From Parcubacteria group bacterium Greene0714_7 (GTDB taxonomy: Bacteria; Patescibacteriota; Minisyncoccia; Phycocordibacterales; Phycocordibacteraceae), in the NCBI GenBank assembly GCA_007378985.1, contig VMHB01000001.1, positions 252-64,251 on the forward strand: DNA of 64,000 bases, in the 5' to 3' direction. Below, piece by piece: positions 18,206 to 28,490 of this stretch (position 1 is its first letter; every line of letters begins with the position of its first letter). A program made the translations under genes and the position numbers. The notes below the pieces were generated by a model. It did not search any database and was not told where the DNA came from. It saw nothing but the letters and a program-made list of their open reading frames with translations.

Positions 18206-19987
18206 ATGGAAATACGAAACATCGCCATCATTGCCCATGTTGACCATGGCAAGACCACTCTTACTGACGCCCTTTTGAAACAAACAGGTGTGGGTGAAGA
18301 GGGTGTATCGATGGACTCCAACAAGCTCGAACTCGAGAGAGGAATCACTATTTATGCAAAGAATGCGGCGGTTCCATATAAGGATACAAAGATAAACATT
18401 GTTGATACTCCAGGACACGCCGACTTCGGCTCTGAAGTTGAGCGCGTGCTTCGTTCTATCGACTCCGTACTTCTCGTAGTTGACGCTCAGGAAGGCCCAA
18501 TGCCACAGACACGCTTTGTGTTGAAAAAGTCTTTGGAGCTCGGACTAAAGCCTATTGTTGTTTTAAATAAAATTGATAAACCAGCGGCAGATCCTGCACG
18601 TGCTGAAGAGCAGGTATTGGAACTTTTCTTGGAACTTGGTGCAAATGATGAACAAGCAGACTTTCCTGTGGTCTATGCCATTGGCAAGCAGGGTATTGCA
18701 AAAAATAAACTTGAAGACGATTCAAAAGATTTGATGCCACTTCTCGACACTATTTTGAAGTATGTACCACCAGCACCTGCAACTGCAGCTGAGGGCACAC
18801 TGATGATTCAGCCATTCAACCTTGCATATGACAACTTCCTTGGTCGCATTGCAATTTGTCGCGTCTACCACGGCACCGTAACTACCGGTCAGTCAGTATT
18901 TGTGAAGAAGCCCGATGGCGAAACACGCACTGGAAAAATTGTAAAAATGTTTACCTTTAAAGGTCTCCAGAGGGTTGAAGCAGAGTCAGTGGGCGCAGGG
19001 GACATCTGTATGATTGCAGGCCTTTCTGATATCTACATTGGCGAAACAGTAACGAATGACAAGGATGCACAGCCACTTCCTGCAATTACCGTTGATGAAC
19101 CAACCATTCAACTCAATTTCTATCCGAACTCTTCACCATTTGCAGGTAAAGAAGGGAAGTTTGTAACCACTCGCCAAATTAGAGACAGACTTGAGAGAGA
19201 GCTTGAAGTGAACGTGGGACTTAAAGTTGATTTCTCTTCAGGCGAAACATTTTTGGTGTCTGGCCGTGGAGAACTCCACATCGCAATCCTACTTGAAAAC
19301 ATGCGTCGTGAAGGCTTCGAACTCCAAGTTTCTCAACCCAAAGTTATTATCCGAGAAGAAAATGGTCAGAAGATGGAACCGTTTGAAGAGGTTACCGTTG
19401 ACTCTCCGTCAGAATTTCAAGGCCCTATTATTGAACGCCTTGGTGTTCGTGCATTCGTAATGCAAAACATGGTGACGCACGGCAACTCAGTTCGTCTTAC
19501 GTTTGAAGGTCCTACTCGTGGCCTTCTTGGATTCCGTAACCAGTTCATCATTGATACAAAAGGTGAGGGAATACTTTCGTCACGCTTTATTGGCTTCAAA
19601 CCATATGCAGGTGAAATTAAGAAGCGTTCAGTTGGCTCTATGATTTCTATGGCAGCAGGAAAGGCTCTTGGGTTTTCACTTTGGAACTTGCAGGATCGTG
19701 GCACGCTCTACATTGGTCCTACTACGGAAGTGTATGAAGGTATGGTTGTGGGCAATACTTCAAAGGGCGAGGAGATGTCGGTGAACCCAACAAAAGGAAA
19801 ACAGCTCACCAACATGCGTGCATCAGGCTCCGACGAAGCAATCAACATCACTCCTCCCTTCACGCTTTCTATTGAGCGCGGTCTTGAAATAATGTCTGAC
19901 GATGAATTTTTGGAAATCACCCCTCTCAATATTCGTCTTCGCAAGCAATTTTTGTCTGAGAGTGAACGAGCAAAAGCTAAACGATAA
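18206..19987 (+). CDS. typA: Translational GTPase TypA/BipA
   Basis: [17 protein letters not shown] and DTPGHADF. Domain order matches TypA. Confidence 0.9.
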   Translation: MEIRNIAIIAHVDHGKTTLTDALLKQTGVGEEGVSMDSNKLELERGITIYAKNAAVPYKDTKINIVDTPGHADFGSEVERVLRSIDSVLLVVDAQEGPMPQTRFVLKKSLELGLKPIVVLNKIDKPAADPARAEEQVLELFLELGANDEQADFPVVYAIGKQGIAKNKLEDDSKDLMPLLDTILKYVPPAPATAAEGTLMIQPFNLAYDNFLGRIAICRVYHGTVTTGQSVFVKKPDGETRTGKIVKMFTFKGLQRVEAESVGAGDICMIAGLSDIYIGETVTNDKDAQPLPAITVDEPTIQLNFYPNSSPFAGKEGKFVTTRQIRDRLERELEVNVGLKVDFSSGETFLVSGRGELHIAILLENMRREGFELQVSQPKVIIREENGQKMEPFEEVTVDSPSEFQGPIIERLGVRAFVMQNMVTHGNSVRLTFEGPTRGLLGFRNQFIIDTKGEGILSSRFIGFKPYAGEIKKRSVGSMISMAAGKALGFSLWNLQDRGTLYIGPTTEVYEGMVVGNTSKGEEMSVNPTKGKQLTNMRASGSDEAINITPPFTLSIERGLEIMSDDEFLEITPLNIRLRKQFLSESERAKAKR

Positions 19988-20017
19988 AGGGACGCTCACT
20001 TCCATATCGGAGAAACA

Positions 20018-20045
20018 GAAAGCCCATCCAGCGATGGGCTTTCTT
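20018..20045 (+). terminator. Rho-independent terminator for typA
   Basis: AGCCCATC-cagc-GATGGGCT followed by TTCTT. Confidence 0.55.
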
Positions 20046-20083
20046 CGTACTCGGTGTGCATATTGAATTGGTATACTGTTTCT

Positions 20084-20647
20084 ATGAAAAAACTTTTAAT
20101 ACTAGTCATTCTTGTAGGCATTTTTGTCGCTGGATTTTTTATGTGGAATCAGCGTTCTTCTTTTTTACCAGTAGCAGAGGGTATGCGTGTATACACGAAT
20201 CATGGTGTTTCTTTTTCATATCCAACGCATTATTTCCTAGAAGAGAAAGTTAGTGAAAATGCCAAGCGTACCCACTACTCAATAATTCTTACTGAGGATA
20301 CAGAAGAAAATAAAGCCGTGCGAGAGGGGAGGGCGCCGGGACGTGAAGGTCCAACTGCTATCACAATTGATGTATTTCAAAACGATCTCGATCATTTGAC
20401 GGCGGAAGAATGGATTAAGCACGTGAGTAGTTCAAATTACTCTTTGTCAGTTGACTCTATTTTGACACCACGGCGTGTTGGCACTATTTCAGGTTTTGCA
20501 TACCGTTGGTCAGGTCTCTATGAAGCCAAAGCGGTTGTTGTAGCAAATGATTCATTTCTCTACGCGTTTACCGCAACCTATCTCACACCAAATGATGTAA
20601 TTCTTAAAGATTTTGAGGGAATACTTGAGAGCGTGAAGTTCAATTAA
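20084..20647 (+). CDS. Hypothetical membrane-anchored protein
   Basis: MKKLLILVILVGIFVAGFF signal anchor. Confidence 0.45.
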   Translation: MKKLLILVILVGIFVAGFFMWNQRSSFLPVAEGMRVYTNHGVSFSYPTHYFLEEKVSENAKRTHYSIILTEDTEENKAVREGRAPGREGPTAITIDVFQNDLDHLTAEEWIKHVSSSNYSLSVDSILTPRRVGTISGFAYRWSGLYEAKAVVVANDSFLYAFTATYLTPNDVILKDFEGILESVKFN

Positions 20648-20663
20648 TTGAGGGGTATACTGT

Positions 20664-21065
20664 TTGTATATGAAAAAGAAAACTATCCTTATTATTGTCG
20701 CCGTCGTTATTGTTTTGGTACTCGGAGGGCTAGTTTCATATCAATCATACAACTCCGCTGGTCCAGCACTATCTAGTGAACTCGATGGCTTCGCAACATG
20801 CTTGAAAGATAAAGGCGCAATTTTTTATGGTGCATTTTGGTGCCCTCACTGCCAAGCGACGAAGAAAATGTTTGGCGCATCAGCAAAGTTGCTCCCGTAT
20901 GTTGAGTGTTCTACTCCAGATGGAGAAAGGCAAACACAGGAGTGTATCGACAAGGGAATCAAACAATATCCAACATGGGTTTTTGCAGACGGTAGTCAGC
21001 TCACTGGCGAAAGGCAACTTTCTGAGCTTGCTGAAAAAACAAGTTGTGAACTTCCAGTCAAATAA
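20664..21065 (+). CDS. Thioredoxin-fold thiol-disulfide oxidoreductase (DsbA-like), membrane-anchored
   Basis: Transmembrane anchor plus the WCPHC active-site motif. Confidence 0.65.
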   Translation: MYMKKKTILIIVAVVIVLVLGGLVSYQSYNSAGPALSSELDGFATCLKDKGAIFYGAFWCPHCQATKKMFGASAKLLPYVECSTPDGERQTQECIDKGIKQYPTWVFADGSQLTGERQLSELAEKTSCELPVK

Positions 21066-21068
21066 TTT

Positions 21069-21608
21069 ATGGCTACTTTAGAGACGCTCAACTACTTGAT
21101 TGCACTTGGTACCATTGGGATGCAAGTGGCAACGGTTGCGCTTCTAGTTATTTTTTTCTTTAGAAAAAGTGCGTGGGCGCTACGTATTACAAAAATCGTT
21201 AGCGATTCAGGGCTTTGGTTTTCGCTACTCCTAGTCATAGCAGGTACGGCATTAAGTCTTGTATATTCAGAGTATTTTGGCATTCTTCCGTGCGGTTTAT
21301 GCTGGCTTCAGAGGGTGTTTCTCTATCCGCAGTTAGTGTTGTTTGCACTCTCCGCACCAAAGAAAGATCATTACATTGCAGATTACTCAATTGTGCTTTC
21401 GGTGTTAGGTGGGGTAGTTGCTCTCTATCAACATTACTTGCAAATGGGTGGAACGAGCACATTGCCATGCCCAGCATCTGGCGTTGCGGATTGCGCAAAG
21501 AGATTCCTCTTTGAATTTGATTACATTACATTTCCTCTTGTTGCATTTTCTTCGTTTGCGCTTCTCTTCGTCATAATGCTCTTTGTACGACAAAGGCGCT
21601 CTTCATAG
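21069..21608 (+). CDS. Disulfide bond formation protein B (DsbB/BdbC family)
   Basis: Four transmembrane helices. CGLCWLQR and a second Cys pair (PCPASGVADC). Confidence 0.7.
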   Translation: MATLETLNYLIALGTIGMQVATVALLVIFFFRKSAWALRITKIVSDSGLWFSLLLVIAGTALSLVYSEYFGILPCGLCWLQRVFLYPQLVLFALSAPKKDHYIADYSIVLSVLGGVVALYQHYLQMGGTSTLPCPASGVADCAKRFLFEFDYITFPLVAFSSFALLFVIMLFVRQRRSS

Positions 21609-21648
21609 GCGCACTCCTAGACACACAAAAATGTGATCATTGGTCGCC

Positions 21649-21683
21649 TTGACGAAAATGCTTTTCTAGGATATAGTAAATGG
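21649..21683 (+). promoter_or_regulatory. Sigma70-like promoter (TTGACG, 17-nt spacer, TATAGT) upstream of the DEAD-box helicase
   Basis: Read directly. Implies a leader of about 190 nt. Confidence 0.45.
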
Positions 21684-21877
21684 GTACTCATTTTCTCCAT
21701 TCGCTTTTAGAGGTTTTCCTCTCACAGAGCCTTTGGAAATAAGGATCTGTTTCGGCAGACTCCAAGGGCGCTGTATTGATTTTTATTTCAATAGTAATGC
21801 GCATGTATGAGGCACGCGCTTTTTTATTACACCAAAGCGCGCGGCGAATTCACGCTGTTAGTATTGAAATAAATCAT

Positions 21878-23353
21878 ATGTATAACTCAGATAGTAGTAG
21901 TAAAGGTAAATTTTCACGCGCTCCGCGAACTCCTCGAGGAGACTCTTCTCATGCGCCAAGTGGAGGGCGGAGCGCATCGCGTGCTCCGTATAGTGGTGCT
22001 TCTGGTCCTAGTAGATCTTCTTTTGCACCAAGTGCTCGTCCATATCAAGGAGGAGGCCGTTCAAGTGGAGGAAGTGGCGCGCGTCCATATCAAGGCGGAG
22101 GCTCTCGTCCCTATCAGGGCGGTGGTAGCCGACCACCATACAGAGGCGGTGGCGGATCGCGTTTTGGTGGCGGAGGTGGCAGTCGTTACGGCGGAGGCGG
22201 TGGAGGTAGAGGAGGAGGTCGCTCATTCGATAAATACATTGATGCATCTCGCTTCGTAAACAAGGCAGTTATTACAGAAAAAGTAGAACACTTCGTTCCT
22301 GAACACGCATTTGCAGACTTTAAAGTAGATGAGCGATTGAAGACGGCTATTAGTAAGAAAGGATATGTTCTTCCTACGCCGATTCAAGACAAAGCAATTC
22401 CTCATATTCTTCGCGGTGAAGATGTGGTTGGTATTGCAAACACTGGTACCGGAAAAACGGCGGCATTTTTGATTCCGCTCATCGACAAGATGCTGAAAAA
22501 TCCTGAAGAAGAAATACTCATTATGGTTCCTACGCGTGAACTCGCACTTCAAATTGAACAAGAGTTTCGTGGATTTGCTCCAGGACTTCGTTTGTACTCA
22601 GCGTGTTTCGTAGGAGGTGTCTACATTGGCAAAGACTTGCAGAAGCTTCGTCAGAGAAATAACCTCATCATTGGTACACCAGGTAGATTGAAAGATTTGG
22701 TAGAGAGACGTGCGCTCAATCTTTCAAAATTTAAAACAGTTGTACTCGATGAAGCAGATCGCATGCTCGACATGGGCTTCATTGCTGATATGCGTTTCAT
22801 GCTTTCAAAGATGGAGCCAGTACGTCACACGCTCTTCTTCTCGGCAACTTTGACTAAAGAAATTGAAAAACTGATTAAGGATTTCTTGACGAATCCAGTT
22901 ACTATTTCAGTGAAAACACAAGAAACAGCTGAGTCTATCGATCAAGATGTCGTTAAAGTGAGCTCTGATGAGACAAAAATAGATGTCTTGCTTAATCTTT
23001 TGAAGCAACCTGAATTCGACAAAGTGCTTGTCTTCGGAAAGACGAAGCATGGAGTTGAAAAACTTGCGAAAGCACTCGTTGCTATGGGGGTGAAGGCTGA
23101 ATCTATTCACGGAAACAAGACTCACGGAAAGCGACAGAAGGCGCTTGACCTCTTTAAGCGTGACCAAGTGCAAGTGCTTGTGGCAACTGATGTTGCTGCG
23201 CGAGGCTTGGACATTGTTGGTGTCTCACATGTTATCAACTTCGACATTCCTTCAACATATGAAGATTATGTGCACCGTATTGGACGCACAGGAAGAGGTG
23301 GTAAGAAAGGGAAGGCGCTCACTTTTGTTGAACAAAGAGGAGGACGCCGTTAA
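21878..23353 (+). CDS. DEAD-box ATP-dependent RNA helicase with an N-terminal RGG/Gly-Arg-rich low-complexity region. Alternative upstream ATG at 21776.
   Basis: DEAD (VVLDEADRMLDMGF), SAT (FFSATLT) and GTGKT motifs. HRIGRTGR. Confidence 0.9.
   Translation: MYNSDSSSKGKFSRAPRTPRGDSSHAPSGGRSASRAPYSGASGPSRSSFAPSARPYQGGGRSSGGSGARPYQGGGSRPYQGGGSRPPYRGGGGSRFGGGGGSRYGGGGGGRGGGRSFDKYIDASRFVNKAVITEKVEHFVPEHAFADFKVDERLKTAISKKGYVLPTPIQDKAIPHILRGEDVVGIANTGTGKTAAFLIPLIDKMLKNPEEEILIMVPTRELALQIEQEFRGFAPGLRLYSACFVGGVYIGKDLQKLRQRNNLIIGTPGRLKDLVERRALNLSKFKTVVLDEADRMLDMGFIADMRFMLSKMEPVRHTLFFSATLTKEIEKLIKDFLTNPVTISVKTQETAESIDQDVVKVSSDETKIDVLLNLLKQPEFDKVLVFGKTKHGVEKLAKALVAMGVKAESIHGNKTHGKRQKALDLFKRDQVQVLVATDVAARGLDIVGVSHVINFDIPSTYEDYVHRIGRTGRGGKKGKALTFVEQRGGRR
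22038..22140 (+). repeat. Tandem, imperfect coding repeats encoding RPYQGGG(S)
   Basis: The peptide repeats three times in the translation of the helicase N-terminus. Confidence 0.6.
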
Positions 23354-23573
23354 TTTTTTCTTTGACTTACGAGTTGTTGACGCGTATGATGAAAAAAGTC
23401 GCGCGCTCTTAGCAGTCTGACAAAATAATCTATCTACAAGTATGGATACAGATACACCAGTAGTGCCAGATGTTCCTATGGAACCTGCGCACGAAGTACC
23501 AGCTCCTGCAATGCCGGAAGCTATGCCAGAGGGCATGCCTTCAGCACCAGAAGGTACGGTAGCCTAAATCTTT

Positions 23574-23611
23574 AAAAAGCGAGGCTGGGGAAACCCAGCC
23601 TCGCTTTTTTT
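23574..23611 (+). terminator. Rho-independent terminator
   Basis: AAAAAGCGAGGCTGGG-gaaa-CCCAGCCTCGC followed by T7. Confidence 0.7.
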
Positions 23612-23684
23612 GTGTACGCTATTGCTCTTTCGATTGCATAATTGTTTTCACCGTTAAGGCAGTGTATCCTTTAGTGAAAGGTAT

Positions 23685-23846
23685 ATGGCTGAAACTCGTG
23701 GTACATTAGAAAAACTGAAAGTACCCCAACGCCCACGCTTTGTTTGTGAGGGATGTGAGACGGCTGTGTATTTGGAAGACCCATGTCCACAATGCGATTT
23801 TGAAGAATACAGGAAAACATTACAAGCTTCAGGCAATAAGGAATAA
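23685..23846 (+). CDS. Small zinc-ribbon protein (CxxC..CxxC), 53 aa
   Basis: Translated by hand: ..FVCEGCE..DPCPQCDF... A more plausible gene than the antisense 60-aa track ORF. Confidence 0.35.
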   Translation: MAETRGTLEKLKVPQRPRFVCEGCETAVYLEDPCPQCDFEEYRKTLQASGNKE

Positions 23847-23856
23847 CTAATTTTTT

Positions 23857-24309
23857 ATGAAAAAATATATTTTTGCCTTCTTACTACTCGCACTTCTCGG
23901 AGTAGGCGCTTATTTTCTTTATCCACTTCTAGCACATGCTCCCGCTACTTCTGTGCAAACAAGTGTTCCAACATATGTACGCGCTTCTCTTAACGACATA
24001 GTTGTTGCCTCACCAAAACCAGATGAAACCCTAGGTTCCATCATTGATGTTTCGGGGCGAGCTCGAGGACTCTGGTACTTTGAAGCCAGCTTTCCTGTTG
24101 AGGTTGTCGATAGTAGAGGGGCAGTATTGGGCAAGAGTATAGCGACTGCACAAGAAGATTGGATGACAGAAGAGTTTGTTCCGTTCACTGCAACCATTAC
24201 ACTCACTACCCCGTATGCTGGCCCTGCAACGCTTATCCTTAGAAAAGATAACCCATCAGGTGAGTCATCTCGCGACGCTTCTATTTCTATACCGATACTC
24301 ATTCAATAG
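23857..24309 (+). CDS. Secreted protein, possibly with a Gmad2-like immunoglobulin fold
   Basis: Signal peptide. Weak resemblance to the Gmad2 Ig-like domain. Confidence 0.45.
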   Translation: MKKYIFAFLLLALLGVGAYFLYPLLAHAPATSVQTSVPTYVRASLNDIVVASPKPDETLGSIIDVSGRARGLWYFEASFPVEVVDSRGAVLGKSIATAQEDWMTEEFVPFTATITLTTPYAGPATLILRKDNPSGESSRDASISIPILIQ

Positions 24310-24318
24310 GATTTTTCT

Positions 24319-24693
24319 ATGCACGACATTGCACACACAAAGTACCGAGCAATAATCGTTGCCTTTATTATTCTTTTTGTTGCAATTCTAATTCTCGCTG
24401 TGTGGCCTGATGTAAGACGAACACAAAGTGAAGCTGAAAAGGAGAGTGCCACTATCCTTGCAAAAGAAATGTATCAATGTGCAGAAGGGAAAAGTGTGTA
24501 CGCTGTGTATGTTGAAGGCGCGGTACGGCTTGAGCTCAGTGATTTGCGTGCTCGTACGCTTCCTCAGACCGTTGCGGGGTCTGGAGCCCGTTATGCTACC
24601 TTAAATGGAAGCTTTGTGTTCTGGAGTAAGGGGGACACTGCATTTATACAGGAAAATAATGTTTTAACATTTACTGATTGCGTACGCGTATGA
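24319..24693 (+). CDS. MliC/PliC-like lysozyme-inhibitor family protein, membrane-anchored
   Basis: GSGARYAT..NGSFVFWSKGDTAFI resembles the MliC core. Confidence 0.45.
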   Translation: MHDIAHTKYRAIIVAFIILFVAILILAVWPDVRRTQSEAEKESATILAKEMYQCAEGKSVYAVYVEGAVRLELSDLRARTLPQTVAGSGARYATLNGSFVFWSKGDTAFIQENNVLTFTDCVRV

Positions 24694-25142
24694 TGATCCA
24701 CCCTGCATTCGTTCACTTTCCGCTCGCACTACTTACACTGTATGTACTTTTGGAGCTTGTACCCTTCTCAAAATTTTTTCCGAAAGTTTCGTGGGATCAG
24801 GTGAAGTATTTTCTTTTATATATCGGAACGCTTTCTATTTTCCCCGCTATACTAACAGGGCTCATAGCTGAAGATATAGTGGGGGAGAATGTTGTTCTCT
24901 CTGCCCATAAGGCGGGAGCAATGGCAATACTTTTGATTTTCTTGGTTGCCTCTCTTCTTGCACTGTGGAATCAGTTCTATTCTTTTCCTCGTCCAGAACT
25001 CTTTAGGGTAGTACAAAAGTTACTCGCAATCTTTGGGATGATTGCTCTTGTGGTGCAGGGAGTACTCGGTGCTGCAATGGTATATGGTTATAGTGCCGAC
25101 CCCATTACAAGTTTTATAAGTTCGCTCTTCGGATTTCATTAG
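24678..25142 (+). CDS. Hypothetical four-helix membrane protein (DUF2231-like)
   Basis: HPAFVHFPLAL motif and four predicted transmembrane helices. Confidence 0.45.
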   Translation: MRTRMMIHPAFVHFPLALLTLYVLLELVPFSKFFPKVSWDQVKYFLLYIGTLSIFPAILTGLIAEDIVGENVVLSAHKAGAMAILLIFLVASLLALWNQFYSFPRPELFRVVQKLLAIFGMIALVVQGVLGAAMVYGYSADPITSFISSLFGFH

Positions 25143-25164
25143 TCACTCTGCATATTTTAGACAA

Positions 25165-25196
25165 TAAAAAACGCCTCACTTGAGGCGTTTTTTATT
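25165..25196. terminator. Bidirectional rho-independent terminator between convergent genes
   Basis: AAAAAACGCCTCA-ct-TGAGGCGTTTTTT. Confidence 0.7.
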
Positions 25197-25210
25197 CTGC
25201 AATTTTTACC

Positions 25211-25681
25211 TTATTCTGTTACTACGAGTGTGCCCCACATACCCATAGCTCGATGGTTGCCGACGGAACAGTAGTACTCGAATGCGCCTGCCTTGTCTGC
25301 AACAAACTCAACGGTGGCATTTTGACCAGCACTCAGTTTAGCTGTTGCAACACTAAATTCGTCTATTTTAAAATCATGAGTGCCTGCGGGATTCGAAAAT
25401 GTAATTTTTACACGGTCGCCCTTTTTCACCTGCATTGAATTAGGAACAAATGAGAAATGGTCGCTCGCAATGGTGAACTCCTTAACTTCTGGAGCGGTAG
25501 TATCACTTGCTGAGAGTTCTCCTGTCTCCATACCCCCAGCAGGAAGAGAGGGCGTGTCTCCTGTTACTTGAGTTTCGGTAGTTTCTAGAGAATCGGTCGA
25601 TGATTTTTGTGAGAAGTAGTACCAACTGCCTAGAGCGAGTAAAAGAACAACTGCAAAAATGATGATTGGTTTATTTTTCAT
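25211..25681 (-). CDS. Cupredoxin (plastocyanin/azurin-like blue copper protein), secreted or anchored
   Basis: Type-1 Cu ligands H..C..H..M (THDF.., YYCSVGNHRAMGM). Confidence 0.8.
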   Translation of the reverse strand: MKNKPIIIFAVVLLLALGSWYYFSQKSSTDSLETTETQVTGDTPSLPAGGMETGELSASDTTAPEVKEFTIASDHFSFVPNSMQVKKGDRVKITFSNPAGTHDFKIDEFSVATAKLSAGQNATVEFVADKAGAFEYYCSVGNHRAMGMWGTLVVTE

Positions 25682-25834
25682 ATAGATAAAGTATATCGCA
25701 TCACTCGCATGTATCCCTATTCGCTAAGGAGAATTTTAGTTTCTATTGCGCCTGTACACAGGTATGTTATACTTTTCCTACTTGTATGATTCTAGTATCT
25801 ACAGAATAATAATTACTACTATAAAAATATCGCC

Positions 25835-26449
25835 ATGGCATACGACACTATTCCGTCAGCAGAAGTTATTGAAAAGACAATTGGAGCTATAACTCTACGC
25901 AATGTATCTGTGCACCTTGTGAATACCAAGGAAGAGGCGTTAGAGAAAGTAAAATCACTTATCCCTGACGGTGTAGAAGTTATGACGGGAAGTTCAACAA
26001 CATTGCAGCAGATTGGCTTTGTGGACTTATTAAAATCAGGAAGTCATCCGTGGAAGAATGTGAAAGAGGCTATTGTTGCCGAAAAAGATCCAGTAAAGCA
26101 AACGGAACTCAGGAAGTTAAGTGTGTCGGCTGATTATTTCCTCGGGAGCGTGCACGCTATCACTGAAAACGGACAAACGGTCACGGCTTCCGCCTCGGGG
26201 TCTCAGATTCCTTCGTATGCTTTTACTAGCGATACTGTGATATGGGTAGCTGGTGCGCAGAAAATAGTGCCAAATCTTGAATCTGCCTTCGCACGCATTC
26301 ACGACTATGTATATCCACTAGAAGACGCCCGCATGAAGTCGGTAGATATGGGCGGAAGTGTTATCGCAAAGATGTTTATATTTGAGCGTGAAGTAATGCC
26401 AAACCGTCATGTGCATCTTGTGCTCGTGAAAGAAGTTTTAGGTTTTTAA
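25835..26449 (+). CDS. LUD (lactate-utilisation, LutC-like, DUF162) domain protein
   Basis: Overall similarity to LutC/YkgG-type proteins. Confidence 0.55.
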   Translation: MAYDTIPSAEVIEKTIGAITLRNVSVHLVNTKEEALEKVKSLIPDGVEVMTGSSTTLQQIGFVDLLKSGSHPWKNVKEAIVAEKDPVKQTELRKLSVSADYFLGSVHAITENGQTVTASASGSQIPSYAFTSDTVIWVAGAQKIVPNLESAFARIHDYVYPLEDARMKSVDMGGSVIAKMFIFEREVMPNRHVHLVLVKEVLGF

Positions 26450-26508
26450 CAAACCCTTTGAGTATCTAAAAACATATACGCACATTCTTGTGTGCATATG
26501 TTTCCAAA

Positions 26509-26558
26509 CCCCCTGTATAGTATAAAATAGCGGTCGCTATTTTATCCTATACAGGGGG
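26509..26558. repeat. Palindromic repeat element, family 2, copy 1. Roughly 24-bp arms with one mismatch (CCCCCTGTATAGTATAAAATAGCG gt CGCTATTTTATCCTATACAGGGGG).
   Basis: Read directly. Flanked by CTGAGATAC. Confidence 0.7.
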
Positions 26559-26666
26559 TTTGCCTGAGATACCAGTATGGGTATATGGGGGAGGCGGGTA
26601 TGCTCAGGTAAAACAGAATTGATATTGTCTTTTGCAGTATTAAATTCATGAGACAATGTCTTTTGC

Positions 26667-28490
26667 ATGCGAGTAAAAATAAAATATCCACCAGTTGGTG
26701 TTTTGGATGTACTTCGTGTCATGTGGCAGGGGTTACGACCCGATGGCTCTCTTGCAGTCGTCACTCTTTTTTTATTTCTTATTGCCAGTATTGCAGAAGT
26801 CTTTGTCCCGCTCTTGTATAAGCATTTCTTTGACACCCTTACGGCACCTCTTGAAAAGAGTGTTGCTGTCGTCACACTACTCTCTATCATCACGGGAGTA
26901 TTGGCCCTGAGGGCGCTCCGATGGGCTTCGAGAAATATCGGTCTTTTGGGTTTACAAAAACTTGAGCCAGATACTATGGCTCGCCTACGGCAGATGTCTT
27001 TTGAATATCTTGCACAGCATTCCCTCGGTTTCTTTTCGAATAATTTTAGCGGAAGCCTCATTCAACGAGTGAGTCGGTTTGCTCGCTCCTTTGAACGACT
27101 TGCCGATACTATTGCTTTCAATTTCATACCGCTTGGCGTCACCATTATTGGTGCCGTCATTGTTACATGGAGAGATACACCACTTTTGTCGCTTATTATT
27201 GTTGGTTGGATTACTGTATTTTTTGCTTTCAATTATGTGTTTGCACTGTGGCGTGTGAAATACAACATCCGCATGGCCGAGGCAGATTCAAAAACAACTG
27301 GCATGCTTGCTGATTTGTTGGCCAACCAAAGCTCAATCACTTTGTTTGCAAGCCTTAAAAATGAAGTAAAGCGTTTTACGGCTGTCACGAGTGCTCAAGC
27401 AAAAATTACACGCACCACATGGAATATCAATTCCTCTTTTGATGCAGTGCAGGCGGCTATAATTTTTATAGCAGAATTTCTCATTTTCTATTTCAGTATT
27501 CAACTGTGGCAGGAGGGTGCAATAACGGTAGGTACTTTTGTGTTGGTGCAGGTGTACATTATTGCTCTTGCAGGACAGCTCTGGGACTTCGGACGCATTA
27601 TCCGCACCGTCTTTGAAGTGTTTGCTGATTCAAAAGAAATGGTGGAGATGTTGAAGTTGCCTCATGAAATAAAAGATGTGGTAGATGCCAAAGAGCTCTC
27701 GGTTTCGAAAGGGGAAATAGTTTTTGAAAAGCTCACTTTTAATTTTGGTGAAAATAGGAAAGTATTAGAGGATGTTGATCTTTTAATTTCTGGCGGTCAA
27801 AAGGTCGGCTTGGTGGGGCCATCTGGCGCAGGAAAGACCACCATCCTCCGACTTCTCTTTAGGCTCTACAACATCACGGAAGGTCGTATTCTCATTGACG
27901 GACAAGATATAGGGTTGGTAACACAGGAAAGTTTGCGCCGTGCTATTGCGGTGGTGCCCCAAGAGCCCGTGCTTTTCCACAGAACACTTATGGAGAACAT
28001 TCGCTATGGCAGGTTGAATGCAGCCGATGCAGAAGTAAAAGAGGCGGCACGCCTTGCCAACTGCGCACAGTTTATTGATGGACTTCCTCTCGGCTATGAC
28101 ACCTATGTGGGCGAGAGGGGTGTAAAAATTTCTGGCGGCGAACGCCAGAGAATCGCCATAGCGCGGGCTATTTTGAAGGATGCACCAATACTTATTCTTG
28201 ATGAGGCGACCTCGAGTCTTGATTCTCATTCAGAAGTGCTTATTCAGGAGGCGCTCAATAGACTCATGAAGGGTAAAACTACAATTGCTGTTGCACACCG
28301 ACTTTCAACAATTCGCCAAATGGACCGTATTCTTGTTCTGGAGAATGGCCGCATAAAAGAAGATGGTACGCATGATTCGCTTCTAGCAAAACCAAGTTTG
28401 TATCGTGATTTGTGGAATCTTCAAGCCGGTGGATTCATTACAGAGGATGACGCTACCTCTGAGGACAAAGAGTCAGAAGAAGTTGTATGA
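26667..28490 (+). CDS. ABC transporter, fused permease/ATP-binding protein (exporter, MsbA-like)
   Basis: Six transmembrane helices, then Walker A GPSGAGKTT, signature ISGGERQR and Walker B ILILDEATS. Confidence 0.9.
   Translation: MRVKIKYPPVGVLDVLRVMWQGLRPDGSLAVVTLFLFLIASIAEVFVPLLYKHFFDTLTAPLEKSVAVVTLLSIITGVLALRALRWASRNIGLLGLQKLEPDTMARLRQMSFEYLAQHSLGFFSNNFSGSLIQRVSRFARSFERLADTIAFNFIPLGVTIIGAVIVTWRDTPLLSLIIVGWITVFFAFNYVFALWRVKYNIRMAEADSKTTGMLADLLANQSSITLFASLKNEVKRFTAVTSAQAKITRTTWNINSSFDAVQAAIIFIAEFLIFYFSIQLWQEGAITVGTFVLVQVYIIALAGQLWDFGRIIRTVFEVFADSKEMVEMLKLPHEIKDVVDAKELSVSKGEIVFEKLTFNFGENRKVLEDVDLLISGGQKVGLVGPSGAGKTTILRLLFRLYNITEGRILIDGQDIGLVTQESLRRAIAVVPQEPVLFHRTLMENIRYGRLNAADAEVKEAARLANCAQFIDGLPLGYDTYVGERGVKISGGERQRIAIARAILKDAPILILDEATSSLDSHSEVLIQEALNRLMKGKTTIAVAHRLSTIRQMDRILVLENGRIKEDGTHDSLLAKPSLYRDLWNLQAGGFITEDDATSEDKESEEVV

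Noticed and set aside
23654-23836. 60-aa minus-strand track ORF
   Set aside because: The plus-strand 53-aa zinc-ribbon ORF (23685-23846), with an RBS-like AAAGG and CxxC pairs, is the more plausible gene at this locus.
26537-27061. 174-aa minus-strand ORF overlapping the start of the ABC transporter gene
   Set aside because: Antisense to a well-supported ABC exporter ORF. No motifs.
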